Assembly: GCA_963810275.1 (NCBI GenBank)
Contig: CAWENF010000013.1
Location: 1-12,952, forward strand
Origin: an uncultured archaeon
Lineage (GTDB): Archaea > Thermoproteota > Bathyarchaeia > Bathyarchaeales > Bathycorpusculaceae
DNA length: 12,952 nt
Direction: 5' to 3'
The notes under the pieces were generated by a model, which was given only the letters and a program-made list of their open reading frames with translations, was not told the DNA's origin and did not search any database. Below, piece by piece: positions 7,674 through 12,952 of this stretch (position 1 is its first letter; each line of letters starts with the position of its first letter). The translations under genes were made by a program, and so were the position numbers.

Positions 7674-7727
7674 TAAATTCGTCAAATATGTAATATAAAC
7701 GAAACATATATCACGAGGAAGCTAAAA

Positions 7728-8831
7728 ATGGCAGAAAAAGACCTTGGATACCGAAGAGTCCAATGCACAGGCAGAGGCTCCTACATCATCAGCCTACCCA
7801 AAGAATGGGTAGAAGAAATAGAACTAAAACGTGGCAGCGAAATCGCCTTCACCATCCAACCTGACAATACCCTAAACCTAGTCCCACGCAAGATCGCAGA
7901 AAAAGAAGGCAAAACCGACCACACCAAACTCAAAGAATATTACATAAGCGTCGACCCCAAAGATCCTCAAGAAGCCACCCTACGCATGATAAAAGCACTC
8001 TACGCCATCGGAGCTGACATTATCCGCATCCGCTTCAAAAACCCCAAAGATGCCTCCAAAAACAAAAACGAAACCAAAAACTTCGTCCGAGATACCTTTT
8101 TAGGAGCAGAAATAATCGACGAAACACCTGAAGAAATCACATTGCAAATCCTTATAAAACACAGCGAGTTTGGCATTGAAAAAGCCGTCCGCCGCATGGC
8201 AATCGTCGCCTTAGCAGCCAACAGAGACGCCATAGCTTACTTCGCCGACCGTAACCCCTCCTTGTTCGAAAGCGTCTTGAATGCCCGGAACGATGTCAAC
8301 CGCCTTGGACTATACATCGTACGCCAACTCAAATACGGGATAGAACGCAACCTCTACCGTGAACTGGGTTTCCGAACTCCTAAAGAGTTCCTGCTACACC
8401 GTATAGCCGTGAACGACATCGAAAATATAGCTGAAAACGCTCTAAACATCGTCAACAACATAGGCGCCTTCCAAAAAAAAATCGACGACCAAACGCTTTT
8501 CTTGCGCGACCCCATCGACGAAGAGGTGTATGCGCAACTTACCAGGTATTATGGTGAAGCTCAACAGTTCTACGAGGATGCTGTTAAGGCGGTGTTTAAG
8601 CGTGACTATAAGGATGCTGAGAAACTGATTTCCAAACGCGAAGGGCTGGTTGCGCTAGAAAATGAGTTGATGATGCTGGTTTCAAGCAAGAAAATGGATC
8701 CCAACGTCACCGCAATTCTACGCCTTATTTTCGACAGCGCCAAACGCATCATGGACTACGGCAGAAACATGGCAGAACTCACGCTTAATCGCACTGTAGA
8801 AGAACTCTGCGCCAACTTGACCTATAAGTAA
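7728..8831 (+). CDS. phoU: Archaeal PhoU-family regulator with N-terminal AbrB/SpoVT DNA-binding domain
   Basis: N-terminal RRVQCTGRGSYIISLPKEWV (AbrB-like), ALYAIGADIIRI, and helical PhoU-type repeats (NDVNRL...DIENIAENA, KRIMDYGRNMAE). Confidence 0.88.
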   Translation: MAEKDLGYRRVQCTGRGSYIISLPKEWVEEIELKRGSEIAFTIQPDNTLNLVPRKIAEKEGKTDHTKLKEYYISVDPKDPQEATLRMIKALYAIGADIIRIRFKNPKDASKNKNETKNFVRDTFLGAEIIDETPEEITLQILIKHSEFGIEKAVRRMAIVALAANRDAIAYFADRNPSLFESVLNARNDVNRLGLYIVRQLKYGIERNLYRELGFRTPKEFLLHRIAVNDIENIAENALNIVNNIGAFQKKIDDQTLFLRDPIDEEVYAQLTRYYGEAQQFYEDAVKAVFKRDYKDAEKLISKREGLVALENELMMLVSSKKMDPNVTAILRLIFDSAKRIMDYGRNMAELTLNRTVEELCANLTYK

Positions 8832-8838
8832 CCATTTT

Positions 8839-9768
8839 TTAGAATATTTTGTAGAGCGGATGATTAGGCGGCACCGTCACGCCCATTTTTTGGGCTTCGG
8901 CAGCCACTATTGCATCTGCCATTGCAACCGCAGGAAATACCACGTCAGCGAGGTTTATTGGGCCAGCTATGACGAAGTCTGCCCCCATAACCTGAGTTAG
9001 CAGCGTTGATGCTCCTAAGCAGACCTTGCGGGCGTCGACTCCAAACTCATCGGTTTTGATTCTATTCCAAAGTGAGATGGCATTGTTGGGGGCGCAGCCT
9101 GCGGGTAAGCCATAGCGTTCTTTGATTTGTCGGATGGCGTTGGCTGCGGCGCCAAGACTTGGCACGTTGAGCACCGCTGTATCAACAAGCACATTTTTGA
9201 TTCCCATCTGGTCCGCAATCTTAAGCAAGCCAATTTTTTCGCCATTACCTGATAGTGAGGTTACTCGACCTTCGTCCGCGGCTTTAGGGTCGTAGGCGAG
9301 CACGACGGCGGATTTGACGCCTAACTCCTGAATCACCCCAAGTTCTTGTTTGGTTGACCAAAGGTTTATGGAGTTATAAATTGCCTTATGAGTTAAGCCT
9401 ACCTCGCTGATGTGCCGCAACGCAACAAGTTTTGCATCACGAGAAACGCTATCAACTAAAAAGGGCACCTCAGTCACCTCCGAGACGAAATCCACGTACT
9501 TTACCATAGCTTCCCCCGTCAAACCCATCACGTCAACAAAGAGGGGTGTGCCTGTTTTCTCCGACAACATCTCAGCGCGGTTAAGCTGCGCCTCTGCGGC
9601 TTTGCGGTCAAAGTCGCCAGTTTTTGAGTCGGAGACGACTGGATCAGTATCGTAGAATATGCTTGGCAACACTACGGTGGGGCACTCGCCTGGTTGTCCA
9701 CCAACTCTTACGCCGCCAATTGAAGCTATGGTTTGGAAAGTCTCGTGAAGCGTCAACAAAGGTTCCAC
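8839..9768 (-). CDS. mtrH: Tetrahydromethanopterin S-methyltransferase subunit H family protein (MtrH/MtgA-like pterin-binding methyltransferase)
   Basis: IGGVRVGGQPGE-PTVV-SIFY, PFLVDS, IYNSIN, LVDTAVL, GLPAGCAPNNA, MGADFVIAGPI and terminal HPLYKIF. GTG start; downstream TTG starts are possible. Confidence 0.9.
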   Translation of the reverse strand: MEPLLTLHETFQTIASIGGVRVGGQPGECPTVVLPSIFYDTDPVVSDSKTGDFDRKAAEAQLNRAEMLSEKTGTPLFVDVMGLTGEAMVKYVDFVSEVTEVPFLVDSVSRDAKLVALRHISEVGLTHKAIYNSINLWSTKQELGVIQELGVKSAVVLAYDPKAADEGRVTSLSGNGEKIGLLKIADQMGIKNVLVDTAVLNVPSLGAAANAIRQIKERYGLPAGCAPNNAISLWNRIKTDEFGVDARKVCLGASTLLTQVMGADFVIAGPINLADVVFPAVAMADAIVAAEAQKMGVTVPPNHPLYKIF

Positions 9769-9779
9769 ATGTAGAATGG

Positions 9780-9799
9780 TAGCGGTTGCCGCTATAAAA
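9780..9799 (-). promoter_or_regulatory. TATA box of the mtrH-like gene overlapped by a TAGCGG-N3-CCGCTA inverted repeat
   Basis: Minus-strand TTTTATAG at 9799-9792, about 24 nt from the start codon (leaderless spacing). Perfect 6-bp inverted repeat at 9780-9794. Confidence 0.5.
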
Positions 9800-9826
9800 C
9801 CAAAACGCCAAGAAAGAGTGTTTTAA

Positions 9827-9901
9827 TGCTCTGGCCGGGATTCGAACCCGGGTCCGCGACTCGAGAGGCCGCTATACTTGACCGGACTATACTACCAGAG
9901 C
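9827..9901 (-). tRNA. tRNA-Glu (anticodon CTC), intronless, CCA not encoded
   Basis: Reverse complement GCTCTGG TA GTATAGTCCGGTCAAGTAT A GCGGC CTCTCGA GTCGC GGAC CCGGG TTCGAAT CCCGG CCAGAGC A forms a full cloverleaf. Confidence 0.97.
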
Positions 9902-10017
9902 GCCAACTGCAAGGGGTACATATTGTTTGTTTTTGTATTAATTTACCTTCCCCTCCGAACAACCCATTTAGGCGCAAAAAATCCAGAATTACAACTTTAA
10001 GGGAGCTACGCTGAACC

Positions 10018-10071
10018 AAAAATTAAGACAAAAACTCAAGACAAGATAAACAAAAAGGAAGAAGGGAAAAT
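10018..10071 (-). terminator. Oligo(T)/pyrimidine-rich terminator after the thermosome gene
   Basis: Multiple T4-T5 runs on the minus strand directly after the stop codon at 10072. Confidence 0.5.
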
Positions 10072-11715
10072 TTATTCCATATCTGGCATGCCGCCGCCAG
10101 GACCACCTGGGCCGCCTTTCGGCGCTTTAGCAGTGATGACATCGTCGATGCGCAAAATCATAGCTGCTGATTCAGCCGCTGACTTGATGGCTTGCTCTTT
10201 AACCACGATTGGTTCGATGACGCCGTTTGCGATGCTGTCTTGGAGTTTTCCTTTGAACGCGTTGATTCCTTGGTTTTTGCCGTCTGCTTTGTCGTGTACG
10301 CTGCGCATTTCGACAAGGATATCGATGGGTTCAAGACCTGCGTTTTCTGCGAGTGTCCTTGGGATGACTTCGATCGCGTCTGCGAATGCTTCCACTGCTA
10401 GCTGTTCTCTGCCTCCTACTTTTGTTGCGTATTTGCGAAGTTCTTTGGCTATTTCGATTTCGACTGCTCCGCCGCCTGGAACAACCTTGTTGTTTTCAAT
10501 TACATCCGAGACTACTGATAGGCAGTCGGTCATTGCGCGTTCGGCTTCGTCAACCATACGTTCTAAGCCTGCACGGATGAGGATTGCGACGCTGTGGGGA
10601 TCTTTGCATTTTTCGACGAAGATCAATTTGTCATCGCCGATTTTGCGTTCTTCCACTAAGCCTGCGCTGCCTAGGTCGTCTTTTTTGAGGTCTTCGAGGT
10701 CGCTTACGATTCTGCCGCCTGTTGCGCGTGCAAGTTTTTCCATATCAGATTCTTTTACACGGCGTGCTGCTATGATTCCTTCTTTTGCGAGGAAGTGTTG
10801 AACCATATCGTCAATACCTTTCTGGCAGAAAATAACGTCTGCGCCAGAGGCTTTGACTTTTGTAACCATGTTTTGCAGCATGCTTTCCTCTTGATCAAGG
10901 AACGCTTTCATCTGTGAAGGGTCTTTGATTCTGATTTCTGCAGTGATTTCGGTTTTCTCGATTTCGAGTGCTGAATCGAGCAGGGCAATTTTTGCGTTTT
11001 CTTTAGATTTTGGCATGCCTGGGTTGACGATTTCTTTGTCAATGATTATGCCTTGTATTAGCTGGGTTTCAAGGAGGCTTTTACCTGTTTTCTTGATGAG
11101 TTGGATGTTGTCTATGTCTGCTATGGTTTGGTCTCCGCGGCACTCTACAATTTGTTTGACTGCGTCGATGCTGATTTGGGCGAGGTGCTCGCGTGCTGAG
11201 CCGACGGCTTTGCTACTCATGCTTGTTAATGCCACTTTTAAGAGAGTTTTCTTGTCGTTTATGTCAAGGGGGACAGCTGTTTTGTTGATAGCTTCGATGG
11301 CTTTCACGGATGCTTTGCGGAATCCACTTACGAGAATGGTTGGGTGGATGTTTTGGTCAAGGAGTTCTTCGGCTTTACGAAGCAGTTCGCTTGCCAAAAC
11401 CACTGCGCTGGTGGTTCCGTCGCCCACCATGTCGTCTTGGGTTTTAGCGATTTCAACCATCATTTTCGCCGCCGGATGCTCAACGTCAATCTCTTTTAGA
11501 ATTGCAGCACCGTCGTTAGTTATGGTGATGTCGCCTAAGCCGTCAATGAGCATTTTATCCATGCCCCGGGGTCCTAGGGTTGTTTTTAGGACTTCACCTA
11601 TAACTCGGGCGGCCATGATGTTGTTTCTTTGGGCTTCTTTACCTCTGCTTCGTGTAGTTCCTTCTTTGAGGATGAGGACTGGCTGTCCTGAACCTGTTGT
11701 TGTTAAATACGCCAT
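10072..11715 (-). CDS. ths: Thermosome subunit (group II chaperonin)
   Basis: QPVLILKEG, TLGPRGMDKML, ITNDGAAIL, GDGTTSAV, VPGGGAVE, ILRIDDVI and a Gly/Pro/Met tail. Alpha versus beta paralog not resolved. Confidence 0.98.
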   Translation of the reverse strand: MAYLTTTGSGQPVLILKEGTTRSRGKEAQRNNIMAARVIGEVLKTTLGPRGMDKMLIDGLGDITITNDGAAILKEIDVEHPAAKMMVEIAKTQDDMVGDGTTSAVVLASELLRKAEELLDQNIHPTILVSGFRKASVKAIEAINKTAVPLDINDKKTLLKVALTSMSSKAVGSAREHLAQISIDAVKQIVECRGDQTIADIDNIQLIKKTGKSLLETQLIQGIIIDKEIVNPGMPKSKENAKIALLDSALEIEKTEITAEIRIKDPSQMKAFLDQEESMLQNMVTKVKASGADVIFCQKGIDDMVQHFLAKEGIIAARRVKESDMEKLARATGGRIVSDLEDLKKDDLGSAGLVEERKIGDDKLIFVEKCKDPHSVAILIRAGLERMVDEAERAMTDCLSVVSDVIENNKVVPGGGAVEIEIAKELRKYATKVGGREQLAVEAFADAIEVIPRTLAENAGLEPIDILVEMRSVHDKADGKNQGINAFKGKLQDSIANGVIEPIVVKEQAIKSAAESAAMILRIDDVITAKAPKGGPGGPGGGMPDME

Positions 11716-11775
11716 ATCGTTATCCCTACTTAGTAGAATCTTGTTTATTTCGGATTATTGCAAAAAGTAAACAGC

Positions 11776-11790
11776 AATATAAACTTTAAG
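11776..11790 (-). promoter_or_regulatory. Putative BRE/TATA promoter of the thermosome gene
   Basis: Minus-strand CTTAAAG-TTTATATT about 60 nt upstream of the ATG. Confidence 0.5.
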
Positions 11791-11830
11791 GCTCCTTTGA
11801 GGTTTGTTGTTTTTTGATGGTTTACTGCTT

Positions 11831-11850
11831 TTAAAAAACCGGTTTTTTAA
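11831..11850. repeat. Perfect 20-bp palindrome TTAAAAAACCGGTTTTTTAA
   Basis: Read directly from the sequence; exact self-reverse-complement. Confidence 0.9.
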
Positions 11851-12448
11851 GATGTAGTTGGCTTGGAGATTATTGACTGGAACTTTTTCTTTCTTCATAC
11901 GAGTATGGCGTTTTTCTGCACCACAAGACTGCGGTTGATGGCGGTTGCTTATACTAAACAGAGGAGTTAGCTTTTCTGTACTTCTTTCTTGTTTTTCAGC
12001 CCGCTTAGTCCACGCATTAAAACTTATCATTTCAACGATATCTAAGAAATGCGGAAAGCCACACATAATGCGGAGGCTACCCATAAGTCTAGCCAACCAA
12101 TTATCTCTCAAGTAATCAGTGTACCGGTAAATAGGTATAAGGCTTTTAAGGGGCTAAAATTGGGGTAGTCTATTACATAAAGCAGAGATTTCACTTTACT
12201 GGTTTTTGTAACTCTTTTTACCAAAATCTTCCTAATCAGATAGGTCTTTTGTTTATACAAGAAAGGCCAACCAAAAACATCGAAACCAGAAATGGCAAAT
12301 GCTAAGGCTCTCCGCATTTGAACCTCAGTGTATAAGAGCCAAAGTTTACAAATTTTGGAAAATTACTCCCGGTCAAAAACACAAAAAGAAAAACTGACGC
12401 AAACTCCTATATGCAACGCATCAGGTTTTGAAGTAGAAGAGACTAAAA

Positions 12449-12637
12449 ATGAACCGAGCAAATTATAAAGTGGACAGAAAAAGCCCTAAACAAGACAGCT
12501 CAATTACCAGATCTAAAAAGCGAATGCGTGCAAACCCTAAAATGATAAACTCAGCTACAACCCCAAAATTGCGCGAAGCCTACATATCTAAAACAGAATG
12601 GGCAACTAAAAAACTTCCCAAACTTAAAGAACAGTAG
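12449..12637 (+). CDS. Possible small basic hypothetical protein (62 aa)
   Basis: ATG after a purine-rich stretch ending CTAAAA (similar to the contexts at 7728 and 2164). Lys/Arg-rich, T-run after the stop, no recognisable domain. Confidence 0.35.
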   Translation: MNRANYKVDRKSPKQDSSITRSKKRMRANPKMINSATTPKLREAYISKTEWATKKLPKLKEQ

Positions 12638-12710
12638 ACTTTTTCAAGGGCTAATAGAAAGAATAACAAAAATATTTCTTTAATTTTCTTAAATTGGCAG
12701 GCATTATAGA

Positions 12711-12908
12711 TTGCAACCTAATCAACACAGGAGCAACATCAAAGTGGGCATTCATGTAAGAATTGTTATGAAGCATGACCAGCAAAGCGGCAAATTAACC
12801 GAAGGTATCGTCAAAAGTATTCTCACCAGCAGCCAAACGCATCCCCATGGAATCAAAGTGCGCCTGACAGACGGCAAAGTCGGCAGAGTACAATCAATAA
12901 TAAATTAA
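12711..12908 (+). CDS. ywbE: YwbE family protein (DUF2196)
   Basis: R-NIKVG-V-IV-K-DQ-SGKLTEGIV--ILTSS-THPHGIKVRL-DG-VGRVQ-I pattern; TTG start. Confidence 0.9.
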   Translation: MQPNQHRSNIKVGIHVRIVMKHDQQSGKLTEGIVKSILTSSQTHPHGIKVRLTDGKVGRVQSIIN

Positions 12909-12952
12909 TGGTGGGGCCTCCCGGATTTGAACCGAGTCCATAGAGCCCAAGT
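12909..12952 (-). tRNA. 3' half of tRNA-Pro (anticodon TGG) with encoded CCA; truncated by the window edge
   Basis: Reverse complement A-CTTGGGC-TCTAT-GGA-CTCGG-TTCAAAT-CCGGG-AGGCCCC-A-CCA gives anticodon loop, T arm and a Pro-type acceptor 3' strand. Confidence 0.8.

Noticed and set aside
7476-7685. 69-aa ORF upstream of the Fe-S gene as a leader peptide
   Set aside because: Non-ATG start inside the divergent promoter, no RBS, and no Gln/Glu codon enrichment.
1269-11770. Long antisense or alternate-frame ORFs (e.g. 2280-2924, 6798-7346, 10088-10801, 10925-11770, and 9792-10019 and 9826-10014 over tRNA-Glu)
   Set aside because: Shadows of well-supported genes or the tRNA, with no domain features.
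11755-12317. ORFs 11755-12111 and 12108-12317
   Set aside because: No recognisable domain, and the first runs through the thermosome promoter and palindrome. Not excluded entirely.
9827-12952. tRNA-bounded integrated element
   Set aside because: Different tRNAs, no direct-repeat att pair, no integrase, and the interval contains a housekeeping chaperonin.
1-12952. CRISPR array or IS element
   Set aside because: No regularly spaced 24-40-bp repeats, cas genes, transposase or terminal inverted repeats with target duplication were seen.

Overview
Archaeal chromosomal window (group II chaperonin, archaeal tRNAs, TATA/BRE promoters, AbrB-PhoU regulator, stand-alone MtrH; gene content suggests Bathyarchaeia, which is an inference). 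From left to right: a ~900-nt stretch with no credible CDS that folds by eye into abutting nested helices (candidate large structured ncRNA, best novelty candidate); an orphan beta-class DNA methyltransferase; a small very acidic protein; a five-gene minus-strand operon encoding a split archaeal-type glutamate synthase (4x[4Fe-4S] protein, FAD/NAD(P)H oxidoreductase, Ntn glutamine amidotransferase with an apparent late frameshift, ferredoxin-FMN synthase subunit, GXGXG subunit); a divergent AbrB-PhoU regulator; an MtrH-family methyltransferase; tRNA-Glu(CTC); a thermosome subunit; a second ~1-kb poorly coding, palindrome-rich interval; a YwbE-family gene; and the 3' half of a tRNA-Pro(TGG) at the right edge. 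No CRISPR array, integrase or transposase was seen. All RNA structures were found by manual pairing and need computational testing.
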